From positions 736,001 through 800,000 of the forward strand of contig OY969763.1 of NCBI GenBank assembly GCA_963702845.1: 64,000 nt of DNA, read 5' to 3'. Shown here one piece after another: positions 1-9,497 of this stretch. Numbering within the stretch: position 1 is the first letter of the stretch; every line of letters starts with the position of its first letter. A model generated the notes under the pieces. The model saw nothing but the letters and a program-made list of their open reading frames with translations, was not told the DNA's origin and searched no databases. The stretch is from an uncultured Verrucomicrobiae bacterium. GTDB lineage: Bacteria > Verrucomicrobiota > Verrucomicrobiia > Limisphaerales > Palsa-1400. The translations under genes were made by a program, and so were the position numbers.

Positions 1-302
1 TTCATTTCGCCGTAGGGCTTGATTTCAGGATTGATCAAGACCAACGGCATAAAACCGTTCACATCGGCTGGTTCGCCGTTGCGTTCCAATGTGGACGGAC
101 GGTCCGTGACGGGGCTGACATCAATGACGGTCAATTGCAATGCCTTGCCGATCTGTTGCGCGGCGAGGCCGACGCCGTGCGCGGCGTTCATCGTCTCGAG
201 CATGTCAGTAATCAGTTTACGCACGTCGGGCGTAAGCTTTTCAATCTTCGCGCCTTTTTTCCGGAGCACCGGGTGCCCGTATTTAACAACATCTAAAACC
301 AT
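1..302 (-). CDS. def: Peptide deformylase (C-terminus runs off the window edge)
   Basis: Manual translation from ATG at 302: MVLDVVKYGHPVLRKKG...AHGVGLAAQQIG...VLINPEI, containing PDF motif 1 (GxGxAAxQ). Not in the ORF track because it is truncated. Confidence 0.93.
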   Translation of the reverse strand, partial: MVLDVVKYGHPVLRKKGAKIEKLTPDVRKLITDMLETMNAAHGVGLAAQQIGKALQLTVIDVSPVTDRPSTLERNGEPADVNGFMPLVLINPEIKPYGEM

Positions 303-303
303 T

Positions 304-1428
304 TTAGTTCTTCGTCGGCCACTCATTTAAAAACGCGGCCAGTTCAACAATCGTCGGACTTTTCGCTGTTCGCACATAAAACCCACTTGTCGTGACACCC
401 GTCAGGACACTCATTTCGTTGCTCAATCCAAGCAACTTGCCCAAACAAAAACCAGAATTGAAATGGTCGCCCGCACCGGTGGTGATGAGCGGCTTGGCCA
501 TAAATGGACCTTCTACAACATTCACCACACCTTTGCTCACCGCGAGCGCGTAGGTGACGGGATGAACGACCAGCGTCGAAATTTGCAACGTGTCAGCCAG
601 TTTGCGAGTCAATTCCGCCAGACATTCTGGTGTCTGCGAGTTGGGTTTTAAGCCAAAGCACTGGCCGACTTCGTAAGCTTCTTTTTCGTTCAGTCCCAGT
701 ATGACGTCAAAATGGCTCTCAAAGTTCCCAATCAATTTCAACGCGCGCTGGATGTCATCGGCGGTGCGTTTTTCGGGGTCGGCCAAATCGAAGAAGATCT
801 TGCGGCGCGGGCCTTTCAGGTTTGGTGAAATGTCCTTCTGAATCGCTTCCCAGATGTTGCTCATGGCCGGGAGCATCGTCCAATTCACAAAACCGACGAG
901 GTCGGCACTGCCAAAGTGCGCAGCGAATTTGTCTTTGCCGAAGCGAGTGCAAATGTTGGCCCAGTTTACCTCTTTGAGCGACGAATGTTTGCCGAGCATC
1001 ACTTTGCCGTCATCAAACTCGAGGGCATCGGTGTGACCTGGCTCAGCGATGCTGTGGACTTCAGCGCGCTTTGCAAAATCACTGAAAATGGGATGCAGGT
1101 TCGGATAACCGAGGTTTCCCAAATAGGTGACCTTCAGCCCAAAGCTGGCCAGGGCATTGGCCATGATCGGACCGTTGCCGCCGAGCTTCGTTAGCGCGGT
1201 GACCAACTCGATGTTGGTGCTCTTTCCGGCTGCACCAGCCAACCGTTTTGCGAGCAAGTCGATTGTGGGCAAGCGGGAAAACGTTTCGGCGTTCTCGCGT
1301 TTGTCGACGACGTGGACGATTTCGTCAACGAAGCCGTCAAGGCCGACAAAGGCCGACATGTTCGCCACGCGTTGAGCGGCGGCGAGCAGTTGCTCGGCAC
1401 ATTGTTTTCGCAATTCAGGTGTATTCAC
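304..1428 (-). CDS. PfkB/ribokinase-family carbohydrate kinase-like protein
   Basis: N-terminal LGGNGPIMANAL and C-terminal TTGAGDHFNSGF PfkB signature. Confidence 0.8.
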   Translation of the reverse strand: MNTPELRKQCAEQLLAAAQRVANMSAFVGLDGFVDEIVHVVDKRENAETFSRLPTIDLLAKRLAGAAGKSTNIELVTALTKLGGNGPIMANALASFGLKVTYLGNLGYPNLHPIFSDFAKRAEVHSIAEPGHTDALEFDDGKVMLGKHSSLKEVNWANICTRFGKDKFAAHFGSADLVGFVNWTMLPAMSNIWEAIQKDISPNLKGPRRKIFFDLADPEKRTADDIQRALKLIGNFESHFDVILGLNEKEAYEVGQCFGLKPNSQTPECLAELTRKLADTLQISTLVVHPVTYALAVSKGVVNVVEGPFMAKPLITTGAGDHFNSGFCLGKLLGLSNEMSVLTGVTTSGFYVRTAKSPTIVELAAFLNEWPTKN

Positions 1429-1475
1429 TGGGTGAAAATTACAAATTAAAAATTACAGATTACAAACCCGAAAAC

Positions 1476-2423
1476 CTAGTCCATTTGAACGCCGGCGATT
1501 TTCAGGATGCGGTCCAGGTCATCGTCGCTGAAGAACTTGATTTCGATCGAGCCTTTGCCGGTGGCGTATTTGAGGGCGACTTTGGTCCCGAAAGCGTGCT
1601 GGAGTTTTTCCTCGAGCGCGGCGACGTGAGGGTCGACTTCCAGAATGATTCCCTTGCTGCTCTTCTTCGTGCCGCCTTTTTTCTGCATGACGCCGATGAG
1701 ATCTTCGGTTTGGCGGACGTTGAGGCTGCTTTTCAGGATCCGTTCGGTGGCGAGCTTTTGTTCGTCCCAATTGCTCAGGCCGAGAATGACTTTGGCGTGA
1801 CCGACGGAGAGGCGTCCGTCACGGACGTGGGCTTGGAGGTCAGGCGCGAGTTTGAGCAGGCGCAAGGCGTTGGCGACGACGGTGCGGCTTTTACCGACTT
1901 TGGCGGCGGCTTCTTCCTGGGTGAGTTTAAATTGTTCGATCAACTGCGAGTAACCGAGGGCTTCTTCGATTGGATTGAGGTTCTCGCGTTGGAGGTTTTC
2001 AATCAGCGCCAGTTCCAGGACGGCGCGGTCGTCGGCTTCGCGGACGATGATCGGGACTTCGGTCAGGCCGACGATTTGGGCAGCGCGCCAGCGGCGTTCG
2101 CCAGCGATCAATTCGAAGAATTCACCGCGAGTGCGAACGATGAGCGGCTGGACGATGCCTTGTTCTTTGATGGAGCTGGCCAGTTCCTTGAGGGCGTCTT
2201 CGGAAAAGTCTTTGCGCGGCTGGAAGGGACAGGGTTTAACTTTCGCGACCGGCACCATTTGGACGCGTTCACGGGTGTCGATTTGAACCGGAGCAGTGGC
2301 GGGCAGTGGCGGAACAACGATCGGTTGAAAGGAATTTGGAACTGCTGGTGCGGCTGGTTGCGGGGCTGGGCTCGCGGAGCTGAACAGTGCGCCCAACCCG
2401 CGGCCTAAGACTGGTTTCGCCAT
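1476..2423 (-). CDS. parB: ParB/Spo0J chromosome partitioning protein
   Basis: LGRGLGAL N-terminus, QPRKDF, IAGERRWRAA CTP box, LIENLQRENLNPIEEA, HTH. Start placed at ATG 2423 (MAKPV). Confidence 0.95.
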   Translation of the reverse strand: MAKPVLGRGLGALFSSASPAPQPAAPAVPNSFQPIVVPPLPATAPVQIDTRERVQMVPVAKVKPCPFQPRKDFSEDALKELASSIKEQGIVQPLIVRTRGEFFELIAGERRWRAAQIVGLTEVPIIVREADDRAVLELALIENLQRENLNPIEEALGYSQLIEQFKLTQEEAAAKVGKSRTVVANALRLLKLAPDLQAHVRDGRLSVGHAKVILGLSNWDEQKLATERILKSSLNVRQTEDLIGVMQKKGGTKKSSKGIILEVDPHVAALEEKLQHAFGTKVALKYATGKGSIEIKFFSDDDLDRILKIAGVQMD

Positions 2424-2967
2424 GGCGTGAGGATAAAGTGCCGGTGAAAAAACGCAAAAGTAAAAGCGCCGAAACATCGGACTCGCGGTGAGAAACTTGA
2501 TTCTGCTGGATTGTTTTAACTGCTAGGGGTGTGGGTGGGGTGACACGGGTCGACAATTCATTATTCGCGCTCTCTATGGAAGTCAGGTGGGGATATGAAC
2601 GCTGCCACGAAAATCGAATTAACCGCCAAAATCAAAAGGAAGGCGTAGAAATTAGATTTTGGTATGGTCGACCCGACTTTTACGTCCCAAAAATCCATTT
2701 GTATACTTCAAATCCGCCCATGCTCTTCCGTCCCGGCATATGGTCCATTCTACTTGAACCGCAACGCGGTTCCATCACTTAGCCTAGGGTTGTGGAGGGC
2801 AGCGGGGCACTACCCTAGGTAAGACGTTAATTAAATTTTTTTTGGGGGGGGTGCGGTGGCCGCGTTCCTCCGCCTCTTTCATGAATAGGAACTCGAAAAC
2901 AAATGTAGGCAATGTGCGACTTTCCTCAATATTTTCTTCGGTCTGCTGAGCTTTTTGTTCATGGCTA

Positions 2968-3084
2968 TCTTTATGTTGCATGGATCGCATAACACGACCG
3001 ATGATGCCATAAAGGAACTACTCGTAAAAAACTGTAGGGAAAGGAGGGAAGCCAGGGAAAGGAGGGAAAGAAACAGCACTTTTT
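2968..3084 (-). repeat. Dispersed intergenic repeat, copy 1 (inverted relative to 54877-54984)
   Basis: Manual alignment gives about 11 mismatches over 108 bp, plus one extra 9-bp unit in this copy. Confidence 0.9.
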
Positions 3085-3132
3085 TATGACAAAATCGGCC
3101 GGACGACAGTGATTGGCACGTAAACTGAATCG

Positions 3133-6100
3133 TTAGGGCCAAGACACCCGGTAGAAGCGAGACGGGTAGTTTGTCGCTGTTGCGTCGATGAAACTGAAGT
3201 TGCCGGGGGACAGTTCAACGGGTGTGCCAACTGGAAACCAGTTCGTCAGGTCGACCGAGCAGAGAATGGTGTAGTTCGCATTGGAAATCCCCGTGAACGA
3301 CGTCTGCCACGTGCCGTCGGGAGTAATCAGGCCGCTCGCGAGCCTGGGCGCAGGCACTGTTCCAATAAACGACACTGTGGCGCTGTAGAATGTGCCGAAG
3401 ACGTTCGATACCGCGATGCGGAGATAGTAGGTCGAGCCGGGACTTAAGTTGGTAAGGGTCGCGAAGATCGTTCTGAAATTAACAGTTCCTAAGACGCTGT
3501 TTGTGGTAGTCGAATTGCCAAAGGCAGGCGTCGTGCCCCAATCAAACCACGCGACACTACTTGTGCCGCCAGGAGATACTCTTCCTGAAACCGAGCAACT
3601 GGTATTTGTTGGTTGGGCTGAAGGAGTCGTTATCGACGGGTATTGGACCGGGACCGCAACGCCGTGATAGTATCCGGCACTTATGGCGACGAGATTGCTG
3701 GAGGTTGGACCATTCAGTTCGCCGTAAGCGTTGTCGCCCCACATTAGTAACGATCCGTTGGTTTGGAGGGCGATGTTGAAGTTACCCTTGCCGGAGATGG
3801 CCGACGCGGTGGAGGCGTTGGTCGGAAGGGGATTGTATATATTCGTTTCGACAAATGTAAGATACTGGTGATCGGTGATCGCTAAAGCGCTTGAAACGAC
3901 TTGGGCGATGTTCGATTGGGAATCGAGGAATGGATCAGGATCGTACGAACTCGCTCCCCATTTCGCAACGTGACCGTCGTTGAGCACGGCGTATCCGGGC
4001 GCGGTGATGGAGGCGATGTTTGAGTAATTTGTTGGTGCATTCCATGCGCCGACAGAATTGTCACCCCATACAACAATGCTCGAATCGCTACGCAGAGCCA
4101 TGCTGGTGTAGCCACCGGCGCTGATTGCGACGACGTTACTGAGACCGGTTGGAACGGTTGCTTCGCCAGCACGGGCGAGGCCGCCCCAGGCGACGACAGT
4201 TCCGTTGCTGCGTAGAGCGAGGTTGTGGTAAGCACCGGTGGCGATGGCGACATAGGTTGCGTCGGTGGGAGCGTTCGTTTGTCCGAGGGAGTTATCGCCC
4301 CAGCCGACAAGATGACCGTCGGAGCACAAAGCGAGATCGTGTGCGACCCCACCGCTGACCGTCACGATGTTTGAATAGTTCAGAGGAAAGGGGTAGCTGG
4401 CGGTGCCAGTTTGTGAACCGTAATAGGGCAAATAGATCCCCCAAGTAATTGGTCGTTGGCCGATCGCGAAGAGTTGGTCTGCTCCTTGGTTAATTCCGAA
4501 GGCGTTGCTGGCGACGAGGCGATAGTGGATGACGTATTGTGCTTGGGGTAGTACTCCGGTCAGGAGGTTTGTCGGAAGAATTGACTGGTCGGCGCCGCCT
4601 GCATCGAATGCGGTAGTGGTGTTTCCGTAAGCTGTGGAGTTGCCCCATTCGAACCAGGCAGTTGTTGGTGAGAAATTAGGTGAGACCATTCCACGAAGGA
4701 GAAGATTGGTTCTTGAAAGGACCCACGGTTGTAGTGTTGTCACTGCGGGAGTCGACCAGTTCAGGTTCACGGTGATCGTTGCTGGGGCGCTTTGGTATTG
4801 GCCGTCGTCCACCTGAAAATCGAAGGTGGAATATGGACTTCCTTCGTTGGGGGAACCGGGATCGTAAAACACGCGGCCAAAAGGATCTGATACAACACTG
4901 CTGACGGTGATTACGTCGCCGCGTGTGCCGTTTGTGTATTGGTATAGCGTTCCGATTGAAGGCGCGTTGAGGATCGTAAAACGAAGGGTGTCGCCGTTCG
5001 GGTCGCTTCCGTGCAAGGTGATTAACAGGTCGCGGCCGGGGAAGCCGCTCGTGGTCTGCGGAAGCGCGGAAGGGGCGCCGTTGTCGCCCAAAGCGACAGC
5101 ATGGTTTGCTCCCAATGAAAATGCGACCACGTTGCTGAGGCCGAGCGGAATTGCGAGGCCGCTGTTGCCCCATTCGACCAAAGTGCCGTCATTTCGCAGC
5201 GCCATGTTGCGTTGGGAGGAATTTGCGGCGATGGCCACGACATTGCTTAAACCAGTTGGGACGGGGTCGCCGGTGCCCCACGTTACGACGGTGCCGTCAT
5301 TTTTCAAAGCGAACGCGTTGTAAGTTCCGATTGAGATGCTGACGACGTTGGAGTTGTCCGGAGGTACGTTTGTTTGATTATAGAAGTTTGATCCCCATGC
5401 GACGATTGTTCCGTCGTTTTTCAAACCGAGTGCGGCATAGGGGCCTGTTGCCACGGCGACGAGGTTGCTTAACCCTGAGGGAACGGCGATGACATTGGCC
5501 GGAGCGGCGACGGCTGTTCCATTTGTCAGGAGTGCCAGATTGTAGTCTTGTCCGGGTGCAATCGACACCGCTTGAGGGATAAAGCTTGAGGGGGTGTAAC
5601 CGTGCCAACTGTAAACCGTTCCGTTCGAACCTTTCGCGGCGAAATGTTCCTCGCTGGCGCAGAGCGATAGAAGATTGCTGTAGGTAGAGCCAGGCGGGTT
5701 GGTGGAGAAAAACCCCGACCCCCAGCCGATCAAAGTTCCCGCGTCGGTGAGAGCTTCGCTGCATTGGCTTGATGCTGCCACAGCGACGGCGTTGGTAATG
5801 GAGCCGTGCGGCACGGCTTCGCCTGAGCCATTGTAGCCCCAGCCCCAGACTTTTCGGCCGACCCCAAAGATTTTTTCAGCGCCATACGTGATGCCGAAGG
5901 TGTTACTCACGACGAAACGGTAGTGATAAATGTATGCGGGAAGCAGGCCGGAGATTTTATTGGTTACATAAACGACAGTTGAGCCGGAGCCTGCGTCGGT
6001 TGTTGCCGATTGATTGCCGAAGTTCGAATTGGTGCCCCATTCAAACCACGCCACAGATTGCGTTTGATTTGGACTTGCCATGCCCGCGACGGTCGCAGTG

Positions 6101-6219
6101 CCGGGAGTGATTGTTGGCGGCCATTGAGTATTTGCGAACGGCGCCGAAGCAAATGTGCGGAGACAGAGCAGAAATGTGATCACATACGTTGCGAATTTGA
6201 TTCTGCCGATGGATCGCAT
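3133..6219 (-). CDS. Large secreted protein with two RCC1/BLIP-II-like repeat regions and FN3/Ig-like domains
   Basis: Signal peptide; repeated ALKNDGTVVxWG / VAIAAGxxHxLAL units; three AWFxWG..FGN domains; C-terminal ...PSRFYRVSWP. Confidence 0.8.
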   Translation of the reverse strand: MRSIGRIKFATYVITFLLCLRTFASAPFANTQWPPTITPGTATVAGMASPNQTQSVAWFEWGTNSNFGNQSATTDAGSGSTVVYVTNKISGLLPAYIYHYRFVVSNTFGITYGAEKIFGVGRKVWGWGYNGSGEAVPHGSITNAVAVAASSQCSEALTDAGTLIGWGSGFFSTNPPGSTYSNLLSLCASEEHFAAKGSNGTVYSWHGYTPSSFIPQAVSIAPGQDYNLALLTNGTAVAAPANVIAVPSGLSNLVAVATGPYAALGLKNDGTIVAWGSNFYNQTNVPPDNSNVVSISIGTYNAFALKNDGTVVTWGTGDPVPTGLSNVVAIAANSSQRNMALRNDGTLVEWGNSGLAIPLGLSNVVAFSLGANHAVALGDNGAPSALPQTTSGFPGRDLLITLHGSDPNGDTLRFTILNAPSIGTLYQYTNGTRGDVITVSSVVSDPFGRVFYDPGSPNEGSPYSTFDFQVDDGQYQSAPATITVNLNWSTPAVTTLQPWVLSRTNLLLRGMVSPNFSPTTAWFEWGNSTAYGNTTTAFDAGGADQSILPTNLLTGVLPQAQYVIHYRLVASNAFGINQGADQLFAIGQRPITWGIYLPYYGSQTGTASYPFPLNYSNIVTVSGGVAHDLALCSDGHLVGWGDNSLGQTNAPTDATYVAIATGAYHNLALRSNGTVVAWGGLARAGEATVPTGLSNVVAISAGGYTSMALRSDSSIVVWGDNSVGAWNAPTNYSNIASITAPGYAVLNDGHVAKWGASSYDPDPFLDSQSNIAQVVSSALAITDHQYLTFVETNIYNPLPTNASTASAISGKGNFNIALQTNGSLLMWGDNAYGELNGPTSSNLVAISAGYYHGVAVPVQYPSITTPSAQPTNTSCSVSGRVSPGGTSSVAWFDWGTTPAFGNSTTTNSVLGTVNFRTIFATLTNLSPGSTYYLRIAVSNVFGTFYSATVSFIGTVPAPRLASGLITPDGTWQTSFTGISNANYTILCSVDLTNWFPVGTPVELSPGNFSFIDATATNYPSRFYRVSWP

Positions 6220-6420
6220 TTTCAAGGTGAGCGCGTAAGATTAGCAGACAAACAAATACCGACAAGCGGATTCCTTGGCTCATTCGCCTGGGACGCGGTG
6301 TTGGATGGCGCACCTATGGAGTTTTCAAAATTTTGTAACTTTTATCTACAGATAGCGACAGAAGACATTTTAACTCCTCCGTCGCCGCTTCGCGAAAGTG
6401 AGACTTCGTTTTTGGCTTTT

Positions 6421-6487
6421 TACCCAGGGAAGCACCCCGCTGCCCTCTGCATCCCTGGGCTGACTGACTAAACCCCTTTGGGATTTT
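6421..6487. repeat. REP-like palindromic element
   Basis: CCCAGGGA...TCCCTGGG stem followed by an imperfect AACCCC-TTT-GGGATT stem. Confidence 0.5.
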
Positions 6488-6509
6488 CTATACAACTTGC
6501 TACACCACA

Positions 6510-6537
6510 TTGACACGCCGTGACGTTACTATATAAT
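6510..6537 (+). promoter_or_regulatory. Consensus sigma70 promoter
   Basis: TTGACA (6510-6515), 16-nt spacer, TATAAT (6532-6537). Confidence 0.7.
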
Positions 6538-6577
6538 CCGTTCGGCCGCCGGTCCTTACCGGCACTGAGGATCGTCG

Positions 6578-6714
6578 AAAATGTGCGACTTGCCCCGGTT
6601 GGTTCTTTGAAAACCGCACTAAAAGTGCGACTTAATTCCCACCAAAAGTGCGACAATGTGCGGGAATGTGGAGCAATGTGTGACAATGTGCGACTTTCCC
6701 GCGATATTTTCTTC
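6578..6714 (+). repeat. 10-bp tandem/dispersed repeat tract (consensus AATGTGCGAC)
   Basis: Five tandem decamers at 6645-6694, single copies at about 6580 and 6622, and a related copy at 2901-2939. Confidence 0.85.
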
Positions 6715-7031
6715 CGGAGTGCGCCATGCGAGGCCGAAGTCCGGCCTTTGACAAAAGTAGAAACATTTCCTTCTCCTAAGTTTCTCGGTTTGGCAACTAA
6801 TTGCCGGAAGTAGAAGGGAGTTGCCAGAAGTAGAAACATTCCGATGATATTTTCCGCACGTCGCCGGCTGAAGAATTCTTTGAGCTTCAATCAGTGGGTG
6901 ACTTGGTTGCTATAGACATGGCGCGCCTACGGCGCTTTTTGGTTGAGCGGCCGTGGTGAACCAGGGATTGAGTCTGCGCGTGTGTCAAAAATGTTGTTCG
7001 GTTTTTCCCGGGGCGAGCATTTACTAATAGA

Positions 7032-8372
7032 ATGCAAGCTTTGGACGACATTGCGCTGCTGGGTGAGTATGTGACGAACGGATCGGAAGCCGCTTTCGAG
7101 ACGTTGGTTGCGCGTTACGTTTCGTTGGTTTATTCCGCGGCGTTGCGACAGGTGCGCGAGCCGGCTGCGGCTGAGGATATTACTCAGGCGGTTTTCATTC
7201 TTCTGGCCAGGAAAGCGCCGAGGCTCGGCGAGAAAGTTGTCCTGGCTGGGTGGCTGTTCAAAACAACCCGTTTCGTCGCCCTCGCGCATGCGCGCCAAAA
7301 TGCGCGGCGCGCCCATTATGAGCAAGAGGCCCACATGCAATCCGATACTCAAGCCAGCCCGTCCGATGGTTTCTGGAATCAAATGTCGCCACTGCTCGAC
7401 GAAGCAATCGCGAGTCTGCGAGAGAAGGATCGACAGGCGATTCTCCTGCGCTATTTCGAGAATAAACAACTCTCCCAGGTCGGTGCTCGGATGGGGATCG
7501 GTGAAGATGGGGCGCGCATGCGGGTTAATCGCGCCCTGGAAAAGCTTCGGCAATTTTTTACTAAACGCGGGGTTGCGACGACGACTGTTATCATCGCGGG
7601 TGAGCTGTCGGCGCGGTCTGTGCAGGCCGCGCCGGGTGTGCTGACAAAAACGGCCACGACGGCGGCTCTTGCTAAAACTGCGGCGGGTCCGGCCATCACT
7701 CTCGCTGATGGAGCGACGAAATTGATGGCGTGGGCGAATTTGAAAATTGCTGGCGCGGCTGCGGTTTCGTTGCTGCTTGCGATAGTGACGGTGACGGTTA
7801 TCCAAGACCTCACGGATAAATCTATACGCGGCATCCCCGCCGGTTGGTCCACTATGAGCGGGCGCATGGATCAGTGGAATTGGGACGGTGGCAAGATCGT
7901 TGCCCGCAGCACCACCGATGATACGATCCTTGCTTCCGCGCGGAAATACGGGGACTTCACCATGTCCGCCGTGGTCAGCGCTCCCAATCGTGAGGCGAGT
8001 TTCGCCATTCGCATGCAGGACCATTATAATGGTTACATCGTTCTCTATGTTCCTGGCGGCACGGCATGGGCGAAGGAAAACGGCAGTCACATCTCTGTGA
8101 TGAAACGCATTTCCGGTCACGAAGTTGCCCTTGCGCGCGCGTTCAAAGGTCCGGGAATTTCCACCAGCGGACAGAATGCAAAAATGACCGTCACCGCGAA
8201 GGGGCCGCAAATTGACATTTACCTCAACGACAAACCTGTCATACATGCGCGAGATAATACGTATTCCTCCGGATCGCTCGGTTTTCGAATCTACGGGGAT
8301 CCGGGGAGGCCATGCGACGCAACTTTTGCGAAGCTGACAATCGAAGAGCAGGGGACTTATGTCGGAAAATAG
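7032..8372 (+). CDS. ECF sigma-70 factor with TM helix and C-terminal DUF1080-like domain
   Basis: Region 2 ([12 protein letters not shown]...AEDITQAVF), region 4 ([14 protein letters not shown]...[10 protein letters not shown]), hydrophobic helix, C-terminal YGDF...IYLND...SGSLGFR. Confidence 0.85.
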   Translation: MQALDDIALLGEYVTNGSEAAFETLVARYVSLVYSAALRQVREPAAAEDITQAVFILLARKAPRLGEKVVLAGWLFKTTRFVALAHARQNARRAHYEQEAHMQSDTQASPSDGFWNQMSPLLDEAIASLREKDRQAILLRYFENKQLSQVGARMGIGEDGARMRVNRALEKLRQFFTKRGVATTTVIIAGELSARSVQAAPGVLTKTATTAALAKTAAGPAITLADGATKLMAWANLKIAGAAAVSLLLAIVTVTVIQDLTDKSIRGIPAGWSTMSGRMDQWNWDGGKIVARSTTDDTILASARKYGDFTMSAVVSAPNREASFAIRMQDHYNGYIVLYVPGGTAWAKENGSHISVMKRISGHEVALARAFKGPGISTSGQNAKMTVTAKGPQIDIYLNDKPVIHARDNTYSSGSLGFRIYGDPGRPCDATFAKLTIEEQGTYVGK

Positions 8373-9225
8373 ATTTCTTTGCCGGCGATGGATCACGGGG
8401 CCTTTAGTTTCCGGGCGCTTGAAACGCTTGGGTAGCGCGGTGGCGTTCAGTCTTATCGAACTGCTGGTGGTGATAGCGATCATCGCCATACTTGCGGCGT
8501 TGCTCTTGCCCACGTTATCCAGAGCCAAGGGTCAGGCGCAACTCACCGATTGCCGTAGTCACCTCAAACAATTTGGCACTGCATGGACGATGTATAACGG
8601 CGATAACCACGGGAAAATTCCGTTTTGTGCCAGCTTCGTCAGCACCAATGCGTGGGTTTTGGGTAACGCGCAGACGATTCCGCAAGATCCGCGTTATGGC
8701 CAACTCGATCCCGGTATTCTCGACGCGACAAATATTAATGGCATCACGCGCGGGACGCTCTTCCCTTACATTCGGAATCGGCAAGTCTACCTCTGCCCGC
8801 TCGATCGGCGCATGGTGAATGGCGCGCCCTACGTCCGCAGCTACTCGATGAATAATTGGATGAACGGCACCAATCCGGCGTGGATTGAAGGGGTGGACGT
8901 AACGCGGCCGGTTTATAAACAGGACGCGGCCCTTCCGGCACCGTCGAAACTTTTCGTTTTTATTGATGAGGATGAAGGCACGATCAATGACTCGCTTTTC
9001 ACGGTGATTGTTGATCCCGGTTATTACATTAATGACATGCCGACTCGCTGGCATAAAACTGTCTATCCGTTGAGCTTTGCTGACGGGCACGTCGATAGTT
9101 TCAAATTTCTCTGCGCCGATACGCTCGATTGGCAAGCCCCGCAACCTATGCCCCAGGCGGCTGCGAGCGACGGGAGCACCAACCGGGATTTGGTGAATCT
9201 TCAAAACGCGGCTTACGTCCAGTGA
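8359..9225 (+). CDS. Prepilin-type N-terminal cleavage/methylation domain protein with H-X9-DG motif
   Basis: [42 protein letters not shown]. Start uncertain. Confidence 0.88.
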   Translation: MSENRFLCRRWITGPLVSGRLKRLGSAVAFSLIELLVVIAIIAILAALLLPTLSRAKGQAQLTDCRSHLKQFGTAWTMYNGDNHGKIPFCASFVSTNAWVLGNAQTIPQDPRYGQLDPGILDATNINGITRGTLFPYIRNRQVYLCPLDRRMVNGAPYVRSYSMNNWMNGTNPAWIEGVDVTRPVYKQDAALPAPSKLFVFIDEDEGTINDSLFTVIVDPGYYINDMPTRWHKTVYPLSFADGHVDSFKFLCADTLDWQAPQPMPQAAASDGSTNRDLVNLQNAAYVQ

Positions 9226-9497
9226 TTTGGAAGAGACGCACCGCCGAAGGTAGCGTGAGGTGTTACTGAAACGCGGAATGGTATGCTGATCGATTGTTTG
9301 ACAGGATTGGCCCTTGGATTCCCACGCCGAGAGCTTTATCTGAAGCGCCGGCGATCGCTATAAAGTGCTAGTATACAAACCGCACGTATTGAAAAGTTTA
9401 GCCTTGCAGTCAAGTGAATCGAGTGGTGAAATCCATAGCAATAGCAACCCACTGAGCCCCGGCTTGCTTTTGGTTATTGGACAAACAACTGACTCCT

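Noticed and set aside
1248..2408. 386-aa + strand ORF
   Set aside because: Antisense shadow of parB; no recognisable motifs
3113..3129. TGGCACG sigma54-like motif
   Set aside because: The -12 position is GA rather than GC, and it points antisense into a gene end
6578..6840. Possible CRISPR mini-array
   Set aside because: Repeats are 10-15 bp, tandem or irregularly spaced, and there are no cas genes; no CRISPR array seen anywhere in the window
6468..6890. 140-aa ORF with SRT repeats
   Set aside because: The peptide repeats are a by-product of the 10-bp DNA repeat; no evidence of a real protein
6927..8528. 533-aa minus strand ORF
   Set aside because: Antisense shadow of the ECF sigma and prepilin genes
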